From a virus, in the UHGV virus genome UHGV-1381707: DNA of 61,027 nt. One strand, 5' to 3'. The translations under genes were made by a program, and so were the position numbers. Each line of letters opens with the position of its first letter. The stretch's first letter is position 1. Under the pieces are notes generated by a model. The model was not told where the DNA came from, ran no database searches, and saw nothing but the letters and a program-made list of their open reading frames with translations. Below are positions 46,938 through 54,410 of this stretch, one piece after another.

Positions 46938-47343
46938 ATCCGCAATTTACTACTAATTCACCATCATCTTCGCGATACCATATTTCAATAGAATAATAAT
47001 CGCCCTTATCGCGGTTTTCCGAGCTTAGAGCATGATAATAATCGCTGTTATACGAAGACTCATGCACGAAAACCTCGCTATTCAAAGAGTCAACGTAGGT
47101 ATAATAATCTTCTTGACTTATGCCGGATACGGTAAAAGCATAAAAATCTCCGCTCGAAGACGAACTGTAAATATCAAATTCTAAATCGGGAAAGGATTCT
47201 CTAGGCCCGGGAACATTATTGTTGAAAAACTCTTCATGAATCGATGCGCTAGCAGATGATTCGTTAACGTTGTTATTTCCGCAACCGACCAACCACGTCA
47301 TGGTAAAAGATGCGAGTACGATCAACGAGATCCTTTTCAACAT
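46921..47343 (-). CDS. lipoprotein (140 aa)
   Basis: Signal peptide MLKRISLIVLASFTMTWLVGC with a lipobox L-V-G-C. Confidence 0.55.
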   Translation of the reverse strand: MLKRISLIVLASFTMTWLVGCGNNNVNESSASASIHEEFFNNNVPGPRESFPDLEFDIYSSSSSGDFYAFTVSGISQEDYYTYVDSLNSEVFVHESSYNSDYYHALSSENRDKGDYYSIEIWYREDDGELVVNCGYVEPK

Positions 47344-47358
47344 AAAATATGTTCCTCC

Positions 47359-48006
47359 TTAATTAATAGGCAGCGCCTTAGGCAGCTTGAGCATGTAACC
47401 GTCTCTTACCCGAATAGGCTCTGCATTACGAATATTCGTCCAACCGTATTTGTTGTCGGTATAATTGCAAGTTTTACCGACCAGGTCGTACATATCCGCA
47501 ACCGACACTGTCCCATAGATGTCGATTAACTCATCCATACGGGAAAGAACGTCCTCGGCTTCTCCTCGACTTTCGAGAATAATGTCATCGTAATTATATC
47601 CACTTCTTCCTCTCGACTCATTCCCATGTCGATTGCTGTCTCTCTGATCCGAATATTGCCTATACGATACATACGAAGCGTTGGTGCCTCGATGTCCTCT
47701 CCCAGTTCCCCCATTAAGAATCATATTTATTCCGTCGGTGACGGTGTCGATCACTAATTTCTTGATGGCCGGAACTAATACGTCCGTAAGAAGATAAGAT
47801 TTCACATTACTAATATCTTCGGAGATAAAAACATCAGTAAATTTTCTAATTTCACTCTTCTTTTTAGTTTTTACAATACCAGTAACAACCTTATCTACTT
47901 TTTTTCGTTCTTCTACAGGCTTATCTTTTTGAACTTCTCTGGACTTATGCGAATTTGGTTTATAATCTTCCACTGGCCATGCCTCCTTTAACTTTTTGTA
48001 AAGCAA
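47359..48006 (-). CDS. hypothetical basic protein with Arg/Gly-rich segment (215 aa)
   Basis: ORF. Confidence 0.35.
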   Translation of the reverse strand: MLYKKLKEAWPVEDYKPNSHKSREVQKDKPVEERKKVDKVVTGIVKTKKKSEIRKFTDVFISEDISNVKSYLLTDVLVPAIKKLVIDTVTDGINMILNGGTGRGHRGTNASYVSYRQYSDQRDSNRHGNESRGRSGYNYDDIILESRGEAEDVLSRMDELIDIYGTVSVADMYDLVGKTCNYTDNKYGWTNIRNAEPIRVRDGYMLKLPKALPIN

Positions 48007-48046
48007 AAAGGAGAATATCCTGTTACGGATACTCCCCTTTTTAAAG
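48005..48046 (-). terminator. terminator hairpin GGAGTATCCGTAACAGGATATTCTCC plus T-run on the minus strand
   Basis: Inverted repeat followed by TTTTTGC. Confidence 0.4.
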
Positions 48047-48061
48047 ACCTCCTATTACTCA

Positions 48062-48334
48062 TTAATCGGTTTCTTGGGATTCGCAATCGACAACGCCGTT
48101 TTCTTCCAAGTAGTCAGTAACTTCCGCCAGTCTCTTTTTGGCTTTGCGCTTAATGATCGCTGGCTCGACAATCTTCTTGTAGGCAATTGTACCTACAATA
48201 GCTGCCGCGCCGGCGACTGCGATAGCGACCAAACCCTTACGAGCTTTCCGGCCAACAACCTCTTCTTCCTCCGTGGTTTCGAAAACCTCTTCGTTGTTCA
48301 TGATTTCTTCTTCCATTGTTTTTTCTCCTTTCAA
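48062..48334 (-). CDS. small acidic protein with one TM helix (90 aa)
   Basis: GLVAIAVAGAAAIVGTIAY. Confidence 0.35.
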   Translation of the reverse strand: MKGEKTMEEEIMNNEEVFETTEEEEVVGRKARKGLVAIAVAGAAAIVGTIAYKKIVEPAIIKRKAKKRLAEVTDYLEENGVVDCESQETD

Positions 48335-48354
48335 TGATTAAAATTGGATTTCTT

Positions 48355-48384
48355 CCATTAAATGAATTGTTTTTTTCGCGAATG
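48355..48384 (-). promoter_or_regulatory. copy of the conserved TTCGCGAA promoter-like element
   Basis: Minus strand reads CATTCGCGAAAAAAACAATTCATTTAATGG. Confidence 0.45.
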
Positions 48385-48387
48385 TAA

Positions 48388-49182
48388 TCATCGATCGTAT
48401 TCATAAAATGGTGCATTTTCATGCGCTACCACTATACACGGTCTCCCGTCATCGGCTATTTGCGAACCTATACGAATTTTAATTCGTCTGTCAGCATTCC
48501 ATCCAATGTCGTCGCCAACGTCAGGTAAACGATTCAACCCTAGTTCATCGTAAAATTCATTTAACGATACATACCCACACATGTCATGCAATATTTGAGC
48601 ATTTAATTCATTTTCAGCTTTTTTTATTTTATCGATATCGGATTCAAAATATCTATCAGACAATAAATCGTAGCATAGCGTACTACCCCTTTTGGTCACG
48701 ATAACTTCACTTTTACTAACTGGATTTTTATCGATATGATCTTTATCGATTTTCTCCTTAATAACTTGTTCTTTTTTCTCGCCGAGGGTCTCAACCACTT
48801 TGTCTCGATACTCTGTTAAAGCCGTTTCGGAAAGTTTATAGGCCGTTGCCAGAGCTGCCGTTCGTTTCGCATGAACTGAACCAGCTCCGATTAGACATGC
48901 GATCGATACGGTCCCAGTTACAACTGCTGGAATATAACATTTCCAAGTAGCTTTAACAGTCTCAATCGGAGTTAAAGAAACGTCTTCGTTCTGATCAGAT
49001 GTCTCTTTCTTTAAATCCCTTTCGACCTCAAGCATTCGCATCGCTTTCGGAGTTGCTGTCACAGCAAGAACTGTCGTAGTGATCATCCCCGCAATGCCAA
49101 TTCCGGTAAGAATTTCAGGACTTCGCTTAGCCATTGCGGTTTGAACATTTTTGACCATTTTTGATAGATTCGGTGCACCCAT
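48388..49182 (-). CDS. two-TM membrane protein, paralog family copy B (264 aa)
   Basis: SPEILTGIGIAGMITTTVLAVTATPKA and ALATAYKLSETALTEYRDKV align with copies A and C. Confidence 0.45.
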   Translation of the reverse strand: MGAPNLSKMVKNVQTAMAKRSPEILTGIGIAGMITTTVLAVTATPKAMRMLEVERDLKKETSDQNEDVSLTPIETVKATWKCYIPAVVTGTVSIACLIGAGSVHAKRTAALATAYKLSETALTEYRDKVVETLGEKKEQVIKEKIDKDHIDKNPVSKSEVIVTKRGSTLCYDLLSDRYFESDIDKIKKAENELNAQILHDMCGYVSLNEFYDELGLNRLPDVGDDIGWNADRRIKIRIGSQIADDGRPCIVVAHENAPFYEYDR

Positions 49183-49207
49183 AGTTTTTCTCCTTTCATT
49201 TTTAGCA

Positions 49208-49236
49208 AAAAGAAAAAGAGTCCTAAATTAGGACTC
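49208..49236 (-). terminator. terminator hairpin GAGTCCTAA-TTAGGACTC (perfect 8-bp stem) plus TTTTTCTTTTTGC
   Basis: Includes the stop codon of the 50-aa gene upstream. Near-identical ~50-bp module at 31665-31716. Confidence 0.55.
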
Positions 49237-49383
49237 CTTCTCTGTTTTGGCGAGTTGTTCTGCAACTTTCTTTGCAACTTTGTTTTCCAGCTCCTTGTCG
49301 GCGAAGTAGCTAGTAGCTAAGGTTACCCCGATACTAGCGACGGACACCACAATTTTGATGGCTTTAAGTGCTTTTGAGTTCAT
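49231..49383 (-). CDS. small membrane protein (50 aa)
   Basis: MNSKALKAIKIVVSVASIGVTLATSYF... RBS AAAGGGGAG. Confidence 0.3.
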
Positions 49384-49400
49384 AATTAAATCTCCCCTTT

Positions 49401-49433
49401 CATAAGATGACTTGTTAATTTCGCGTCAACAAA
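49401..49433 (-). promoter_or_regulatory. copy of the conserved promoter-like element (here with a good -35 TTGACG)
   Basis: Minus strand reads TTGACGCGAAATTAACAAGTCATCTTATGAAAGGGGAG. Confidence 0.5.
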
Positions 49434-49480
49434 TACAAAATTAGCACCTTTTATCGTCACCTGAGTACGGAAAATATAAA

Positions 49481-50239
49481 TTAATACTCATCGAATTCTG
49501 GAAACGGCTCTGTCATTCGAATTATCGTGCATTCTAATCCGTCTTCCATTACCACTTTTTCATGAGCGAAGTCGATCCAAGCATCCCAATACATATCATG
49601 CAATGCCGGCGAAGACCATCCAAGATAATCACCATAATCGACTCTTGGAATGCCTAAGAATTCGTAGAATTCATTCAAAAATGCTGCTCCGCCAACAGTA
49701 ACTTCTTTATTAAGTTCGTATTCGGCATTTAGAACAGACTCCATAGTTGATCTAAAATATCTTTCAGAAAACTCGTCATAAAATAATCGTTTTCCATCGG
49801 ATTCATCGTCGATCACTTCTTTTTCATCGTAATTATCTTTTGCCATTTCGGCTCGTACCTGCCCGTCGACTTCTTCTCCATATAATTCTTCAACTTTTTT
49901 CTTATACTCTTTATAAGAATTGTCAACCAAAGCATATGCGCTCATTAAGGCTGCCTGATGACGTTTGTTTAATATATTTGCGCCAAATATACAAGCTATC
50001 GTCGACGTTCCAATTAGAATAGCTGGAATATAAGCAGGGCCTGCTGTTTTTACAACTTCTAATTTTGTAAGTGCTTCTCCTTTTTCTTCCTTAGCAGCGT
50101 CTAATAACTTCAAAGCTTTTGGCGTAGCTTTCACAGCCATAACCGTAGTGGCTACTACTCCCGTTGCTCCTGCTACGGTTAAAATTGTTGATGCATTTCT
50201 TTTCATAAATTTTTTTGAATGAACTAGCAAATTATTCAT
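49481..50239 (-). CDS. two-TM membrane protein, paralog family copy C
   Basis: Likely start MNNLLVHSKK at 50239 after GAAAGGTGAGAG. ASTILTVAGATGVVATTVMAVKATPKA and AALMSAYALVDNSYKEYKKKV align with copies A and B. Confidence 0.45.
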   Translation of the reverse strand: MNNLLVHSKKFMKRNASTILTVAGATGVVATTVMAVKATPKALKLLDAAKEEKGEALTKLEVVKTAGPAYIPAILIGTSTIACIFGANILNKRHQAALMSAYALVDNSYKEYKKKVEELYGEEVDGQVRAEMAKDNYDEKEVIDDESDGKRLFYDEFSERYFRSTMESVLNAEYELNKEVTVGGAAFLNEFYEFLGIPRVDYGDYLGWSSPALHDMYWDAWIDFAHEKVVMEDGLECTIIRMTEPFPEFDEY

Positions 50240-50349
50240 GTTTCTCTCACCTTTCGAGTTGGGATAAAAATAAAAGAGAATCATGCCCCTGGGAATCGAA
50301 CCCAGTCTATTGATATAATCAATCGCGTACCGTTCGCGAATCATGTTTC

Positions 50350-50381
50350 TCTCATAATACAGCATGTAATTTTCGCGAAAA
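50350..50381 (-). promoter_or_regulatory. copy of the conserved promoter-like element, followed by a ~110-nt leader
   Basis: Minus strand reads TTTTCGCGAAAATTACATGCTGTATTATGAGAG. The leader holds a second TTCGCGAA and a T-arm-like CTGGGTTCGATTCCCAG. Confidence 0.45.
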
Positions 50382-50406
50382 CAAAAAGGAAACCCCATGC
50401 AGGGGC

Positions 50407-50580
50407 TTACCTTCTTTTCTTACGCTTAAGTAGCCATTTCATGATTAATACTATAAACACGATACATACGATTACATCTCCGAATATGATGATGAATGCA
50501 CTCCCTCCTAAAACTATAGCTAGGACCGTAACCGTCACCAATGTCAATAATGTAAGCATTAAGATTGTGAATAATACCAT
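50407..50580 (-). CDS. small hydrophobic membrane protein (57 aa)
   Basis: MVLFTILMLTLLTLVTVTVLAIVLGG... RBS AAGGAGG. Confidence 0.3.
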   Translation of the reverse strand: MVLFTILMLTLLTLVTVTVLAIVLGGSAFIIIFGDVIVCIVFIVLIMKWLLKRKKRR

Positions 50581-50606
50581 CTCTACATAACCTCCTTAAT
50601 TGTTTT

Positions 50607-50636
50607 CATAAAGGGGTATGTTTGATTCGCGAATGC
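50607..50636 (-). promoter_or_regulatory. copy of the conserved promoter-like element
   Basis: Minus strand reads GCATTCGCGAATCAAACATACCCCTTTATG. Confidence 0.45.
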
Positions 50637-50664
50637 AAAAAAGAAAGAGTCCTAAATGGACTCC
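50637..50664 (-). terminator. terminator hairpin GAGTCC-TAAAT-GGACTC of the repeated family
   Basis: Minus strand GGAGTCCATTTAGGACTCTTTCTTTTTT. Confidence 0.5.
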
Positions 50665-50816
50665 CTCTCCTCAGAATCATTATCTTTAGTTTTCTTGTTA
50701 TCAAGATACTCCTTAACTTTGTCGACAGCGGCCATTCCCGCATAGATTCCGGCTATATAACCGAACCCTATTGCTAAAGCTTGAGCTGCTGATTTCAAAA
50801 TTCCTTCTTGTTTCAT
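50652..50816 (-). CDS. small membrane protein (54 aa)
   Basis: Start MKQEGILKSAAQ at 50816 after AAGGAGG. The longer track ORF (to 50945) overlaps the upstream gene and lacks an RBS. Confidence 0.35.
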   Translation of the reverse strand: MKQEGILKSAAQALAIGFGYIAGIYAGMAAVDKVKEYLDNKKTKDNDSEERESI

Positions 50817-50847
50817 GATAAATTCCTCCTTAAAATTTTTGATTCTT

Positions 50848-50878
50848 TCATTAAAGGAACTGTATTTTTCGCGAAAAA
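50848..50878 (-). promoter_or_regulatory. copy of the conserved promoter-like element
   Basis: Minus strand reads TTTTTCGCGAAAAATACAGTTCCTTTAATGAAAG. Confidence 0.45.
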
Positions 50879-50886
50879 GAAGAGGA

Positions 50887-51144
50887 CTAAGCCTCTTCAC
50901 CGAGATCAAATAAATTTTCCCAAAAGCGTCTAGCTTCTGATTCATTCATATGACTCCTAATTTGCTTAGATCCTTCTTCTTTTGAACTGAGTCTCTTTAA
51001 TGTTTCAACGCTTTTTTTAAGTTTCTCGATCTCAATTCTTTGTTGAATAACGATACCTTGGATTTCTCCCAACTCCTTGTATACCGCCATTTCAAAGTCC
51101 AGATCCTTCTTCTTTCTAAACATTTCAACATACACTCCTTTCAT
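50887..51144 (-). CDS. coiled-coil hypothetical protein (85 aa)
   Basis: ORF with an RBS; followed by hairpin GAAGAGGCTTAGTCCTCTTC (50871-50896). Confidence 0.35.
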   Translation of the reverse strand: MKGVYVEMFRKKKDLDFEMAVYKELGEIQGIVIQQRIEIEKLKKSVETLKRLSSKEEGSKQIRSHMNESEARRFWENLFDLGEEA

Positions 51145-51172
51145 AATAACGCATGTAAATTTCGCGTCTAAA
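51142..51172 (-). promoter_or_regulatory. copy of the conserved promoter-like element
   Basis: Minus strand reads GACGCGAAATTTACATGCGTTATTATGAAAGGAG. Confidence 0.45.
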
Positions 51173-51527
51173 TTTGCCTTCTATCAAAACACGTTTCCCA
51201 TCGTTCACGTTTCAAAGGTTTCATCTTTAATGCCCACATCATTTGTCGGATTGTTACAGTTGGATATAAACCATCTTCGCATGAACCCGAACGAGCATCA
51301 AAATGGTCTTTAAATTTCGGATGCAAATATAAAGCGTCTGTTAACCAGGGATCTATTTCTCCCCACCAGGTCGTTTTGGTTTCTTCATCGAAACGCTGCT
51401 GTATTATAGCCAAACCTCTATCACCGACAGTGAACAAAGTACATTTATCGTAAACCGGGTGATTACAGGCATATGTGGTCCCGTACATAGAAGAATATAA
51501 AGTTGGTTTTTCATAATGGTATCTCAT
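51168..51527 (-). CDS. hypothetical protein (119 aa)
   Basis: ORF. Confidence 0.35.
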   Translation of the reverse strand: MRYHYEKPTLYSSMYGTTYACNHPVYDKCTLFTVGDRGLAIIQQRFDEETKTTWWGEIDPWLTDALYLHPKFKDHFDARSGSCEDGLYPTVTIRQMMWALKMKPLKRERWETCFDRRQI

Positions 51528-51546
51528 TCATGCCTCGCTAAAATTG

Positions 51547-51577
51547 AAAAGAGAAGAGTCCTAGTTAGGACCCTACC
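51547..51577 (-). terminator. terminator hairpin of the repeated family (GGTCCTAACTAGGACTC)
   Basis: Hairpin followed by TTCTCTTTTC on the minus strand. Confidence 0.4.
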
Positions 51578-51750
51578 TCTTTGTCGTATTTGGCCGTAGC
51601 ATTAACTACTTTGTTATCGTATTCCGCCACCTTACTCAAATAATATCGATAACGTCGAACGTTACATTTGTACCGTTCCAACTTTCTCGAATAGAATTTA
51701 ATTTGGTGCTCGAGAATAAATAATTTAATTCGTTTTATCACTCTGACCAT
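51565..51750 (-). CDS. small basic hypothetical protein
   Basis: ORF. Real start may be the GTG giving MIKRIKLFILEH..., 5 nt after GGGAGATGG. Confidence 0.3.
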   Translation of the reverse strand: MVRVIKRIKLFILEHQIKFYSRKLERYKCNVRRYRYYLSKVAEYDNKVVNATAKYDKEVGS

Positions 51751-51758
51751 CTCCCTTC

Positions 51759-51789
51759 ATTATAGGAGATGTAAATTTGGCGAAAAACA
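51759..51789 (-). promoter_or_regulatory. copy of the conserved promoter-like element with a canonical TATAAT
   Basis: Minus strand reads TTTTTCGCCAAATTTACATCTCCTATAATGAAGGGAGATGG. The CATCTCC/GGAGATG inverted repeat would sequester the SD. Confidence 0.5.
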
Positions 51790-51832
51790 AGAGACCGTGT
51801 TCGCACAGTCCCTTGCATTGAACGTATTATTT

Positions 51833-52183
51833 CTATTTTCTATAAAGTAGACTATTTACAAATCCTCTACCCATTATTGTAGTGACGCTCCCAGTTTCCT
51901 CAAATTTGAAAGATGTTAGCGTTCCCCAAACAGCAATTCCTGCTGGTATGATTATTCCAGCTCCAGTTAGTACGTGCTTAACTACTCGATCTACTTTTTC
52001 AACCTTAAGCTGCTTCTCTTTCAAAACAGTTTCAGACTTAAGCTTTTCGATCTCGATAGCTTTGTCGACTAAGGTACTCAAACCTTCTACCTTTAGTTTG
52101 TACTGCTCGGGATTCAAGTTTTGATCTTTCAAACTTTCGAATCCACTTTGGATTTCGTCACCCAATACTTTTTCGATTTCCAT
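51833..52183 (-). CDS. coiled-coil protein with C-terminal TM helix (116 aa)
   Basis: GAGIIIPAGIAVWGTL. Confidence 0.35.
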   Translation of the reverse strand: MEIEKVLGDEIQSGFESLKDQNLNPEQYKLKVEGLSTLVDKAIEIEKLKSETVLKEKQLKVEKVDRVVKHVLTGAGIIIPAGIAVWGTLTSFKFEETGSVTTIMGRGFVNSLLYRK

Positions 52184-52221
52184 TGCTCATTCCTCCTTTT
52201 GAATATAAGAACTAATACGTT

Positions 52222-52253
52222 CTCATAATAGGACTTGTTAATCGTGCGAAAGG
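52222..52253 (-). promoter_or_regulatory. copy of the conserved promoter-like element; overlaps the stop codon of the upstream gene
   Basis: Minus strand reads CGCACGATTAACAAGTCCTATTATGAGAACG. Confidence 0.4.
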
Positions 52254-52444
52254 TCGGCTTTATGGTCGATTTCCAAGACAATTATCTTTTTCTTAGACAA
52301 CTTATCCAGGTTATCGATTTCGAGCCTATAGAGGTCTTTCTCCGGATTAGAATGATCGATTTTTAACTTTCCAACTACGCGAGTTAAGAACCAGATGCAT
52401 ACTATAACGATTCCGAATATTATTCCTAAGATGAATGACAACAT
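52238..52444 (-). CDS. small membrane protein (68 aa)
   Basis: MLSFILGIIFGIVIVCIWFL. Confidence 0.35.
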   Translation of the reverse strand: MLSFILGIIFGIVIVCIWFLTRVVGKLKIDHSNPEKDLYRLEIDNLDKLSKKKIIVLEIDHKADLSHD

Positions 52445-52562
52445 TCGTATTCCTCCTTTCTAAATTGTTTTTCAAAAATTCCAACCCGGGAAATTTTCGC
52501 TTTATAAAAGTAGCATTTTTTCAGGTAACCCGAGTACGGAAAATATAAAGCTAGGTTAAATG

Positions 52563-52591
52563 AAAAAGAAAGAGCCCTAGTTAGGACTCAA
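52563..52591 (-). terminator. terminator hairpin of the repeated family (GAGTCCTAACTAGGGCTC)
   Basis: Followed by TTTCTTTTTC on the minus strand. Confidence 0.45.
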
Positions 52592-52609
52592 TCTTTCATC
52601 TAACCTTAC

Positions 52610-52852
52610 TCAAAAGTTTTCTCTAATAAGAAATACTTCTCCATTTCGAACAGTGACTATTATTTGTGACATACCCAATCGCAATGCTGATCTCCTAAGT
52701 GCATTCGCGCAAACATGAGGTGTCGAATGCGCAAAATTTTCAACTTTAACGCACTCTAATCCACTTCGCAGGAACTCCTCAAGAACCACTTGATTTTTGC
52801 AATGTCTGTACGTCCTCGTAATCATCGCTTTTTCCCAAGGAATCAGATTCAT
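52610..52852 (-). CDS. hypothetical protein (80 aa)
   Basis: ORF. Confidence 0.35.
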   Translation of the reverse strand: MNLIPWEKAMITRTYRHCKNQVVLEEFLRSGLECVKVENFAHSTPHVCANALRRSALRLGMSQIIVTVRNGEVFLIRENF

Positions 52853-52882
52853 TTTAGATTTCTCCTTTCAAATTATAAGATT

Positions 52883-52913
52883 CCATAAAGGGGATTGTTT
52901 TCCTCGCGACAAC
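52883..52913 (-). promoter_or_regulatory. copy of the conserved promoter-like element
   Basis: Minus strand reads GTTGTCGCGAGGAAAACAATCCCCTTTATGG. Confidence 0.45.
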
Positions 52914-52914
52914 A

Positions 52915-52945
52915 AAAAGAAAGAGCCCTAGATGGGCTCAATCTC
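52915..52945 (-). terminator. terminator hairpin GAGCCC-ATCTA-GGGCTC (perfect 6-bp stem) of the repeated family
   Basis: Followed by TTTCTTTTTG on the minus strand. Confidence 0.5.
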
Positions 52946-52947
52946 TT

Positions 52948-53145
52948 TTATTGAATATAGTTTCTTCTAGCGAGGAATAACGGAATTCCAAACATCAACG
53001 TGAACAATAACACTGTGGCGTCGCCAGTTATAACTCTCAGAATCACCCCAATAGCAATCAAGGCTAATGCGGCCATCTTGTTGTTGAGCGTCCTTCGAAA
53101 ATACTTGACGAGCTCTCTTTTGATTTCACCATTTTTTGAATTCAT
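52948..53145 (-). CDS. small membrane protein (65 aa)
   Basis: AALALIAIGVILRVI ... LLFTLMFGIPLFL. Confidence 0.35.
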   Translation of the reverse strand: MNSKNGEIKRELVKYFRRTLNNKMAALALIAIGVILRVITGDATVLLFTLMFGIPLFLARRNYIQ

Positions 53146-53161
53146 TTACATCCTCTCCTTT

Positions 53162-53192
53162 CATAAAGGAGGATGTTTTCCTCGCGAAAAAG
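53162..53192 (-). promoter_or_regulatory. copy of the conserved promoter-like element
   Basis: Minus strand reads TTTTTCGCGAGGAAAACATCCTCCTTTATGAAAGGAGAGGATG. The CATCCTC/GAGGATG inverted repeat overlaps the SD. Confidence 0.45.
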
Positions 53193-53193
53193 A

Positions 53194-53610
53194 TTAGTCA
53201 CGCATATTACTTAGCAGCCAAAAGAACTTTCTGTATCTGTCATAATACGTGTCTCGGCTGCAAGGGATATTGAATCTAGATTTAAGATTTGTATATGACA
53301 AACCTTCCGTTACCCCTTTTAATATATAGTCGCATAAATACTCATCGGCTTCTTCGGCGGCTCTTTCGACCATTTTGATAAGTTCAGCATACTGAAGTTT
53401 CTTCATTGCATATTTAGCCGTCAAATCCGTTGGAACATTAGTCGAAGGCATCCCGCTAAATATTGACGATATGCTGAACTCACTTAAATCTTTGTATTTT
53501 TTCTTCCATGACTTATATTGCAAGCAGAAATGCTTTAATTCATAAAATCTATGTCGGTCAATCCAATACTTATTGTTTAATGATAATTCTGGTCTTATTG
53601 TCGTTGCCAT
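53194..53610 (-). CDS. first gene of the leftward early operon; hypothetical, possible HTH regulator (ArpU/RinA-like resemblance is weak)
   Basis: Divergent from the repressor gene. C-terminal LSYTNLKSRFNIPCSRDTYYDRYRKF could form a helix-turn-helix. Confidence 0.3.
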   Translation of the reverse strand: MATTIRPELSLNNKYWIDRHRFYELKHFCLQYKSWKKKYKDLSEFSISSIFSGMPSTNVPTDLTAKYAMKKLQYAELIKMVERAAEEADEYLCDYILKGVTEGLSYTNLKSRFNIPCSRDTYYDRYRKFFWLLSNMRD

Positions 53611-53898
53611 TCTTCTTTCTCCTTTTAATTTTTTTAAAAAATATAATCGTCGCTTTTTCTATCTTATCTAGATTAACTTCACCAGTAATTTTTACAGTCG
53701 CGTTTTTGCATCTAAATTCTCGCAGAAGCATCACTCCTTGTTAGTTTTGCGCGATTACAGGCTAAATATAACACCAACCGAAAAATTATGTCAACATATT
53801 TTTCGCATGTTTTACTCCAAAAATCTTAATCTAGGTTAAAATTTGTTGCATATGTGCGAGCGTTTGGTGTATGCTATATCATGTAAAGGAAAGGAGTA
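53611..53898. promoter_or_regulatory. divergent early/lysogeny control region with two rightward copies of the TTCGCGAA-type element and operator-like half-sites
   Basis: Plus strand TTTTGCGCGATTACAGGCTAAATATAAC (53741-53771) and TTTTCGCATGTTTTACTCCAAAAATCTTAAT (53796-53830). CTCGCA (about 53716) and its reverse complement TGCGAG (about 53855) flank them. Confidence 0.4.
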
Positions 53899-54297
53899 AT
53901 GCTGATGTCATTCGGTGAAAGATTAAAACAGCGGCGACTGAAACTTAATATATCCGCTGGCGAATTAGCGAGTTTAATCGGTAAAAACAGAGCGACAATA
54001 TATCGATATGAAAAAGGAGACATTGGAAACATTCCTGTCGACATAATCGATCCGTTAGCGGAAGCTCTTGATACGACCCCAGAATATCTAATGGGGTGGA
54101 CTGATTCCGAAGAAGTTGGGACTAGAATCGAACAAGGTAAAAAGACGACCATTTATGTAGCTATACAAGTATCAGAAGCTAAACAGATGGAAAAATGGTT
54201 CAAGGAACTAGGCAGAGTAACATTAACTGATGAAGAATTCGAAAAAATAATTGAGTATGGAAAATTTCTGTTATATATGAGAAACGATGACGAATGA
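53899..54297 (+). CDS. XRE-family helix-turn-helix repressor (cI-like)
   Basis: ERLKQRRLKLNISAGELASLIGKNRATIYRYEKGD...IDPLAEALDTTPEYLMGW is a classic HTH_3 motif. Located upstream of the integrase and divergent from the early operon. Confidence 0.7.
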   Translation: MLMSFGERLKQRRLKLNISAGELASLIGKNRATIYRYEKGDIGNIPVDIIDPLAEALDTTPEYLMGWTDSEEVGTRIEQGKKTTIYVAIQVSEAKQMEKWFKELGRVTLTDEEFEKIIEYGKFLLYMRNDDE

Positions 54298-54410
54298 TGT
54301 AGTGCTAAGATTGCTTACATAGTAAAGTAAGTGGCATTAAAGGAGGTGAGTACAATGTAGTCGCCTAATTAATTCGCGTATATCACCAAAACAATCGGAG
54401 GAGAAAAGTC

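Noticed and set aside
49481-50398. The long (305-aa) version of the paralog-C ORF starting at 50398
   Set aside because: Its N-terminal 50 codons run through the promoter-like element, a terminator hairpin and a second TTCGCGAA. The ATG at 50239 has a proper RBS and aligns with the N-termini of paralogs A and B.
50652-50945. The long (97-aa) version of ORF 50652-50945
   Set aside because: Its first 43 codons overlap the upstream gene 50887-51144 with no RBS. An internal ATG at 50816 has a perfect AAGGAGG RBS and gives a 54-aa membrane protein.
53194-53610. A firm call of the first early gene as an ArpU/RinA-type late activator or sigma-like factor
   Set aside because: The resemblance rests on a putative C-terminal HTH only, and its position (first gene of the early operon) is atypical for late activators. 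Left as hypothetical.
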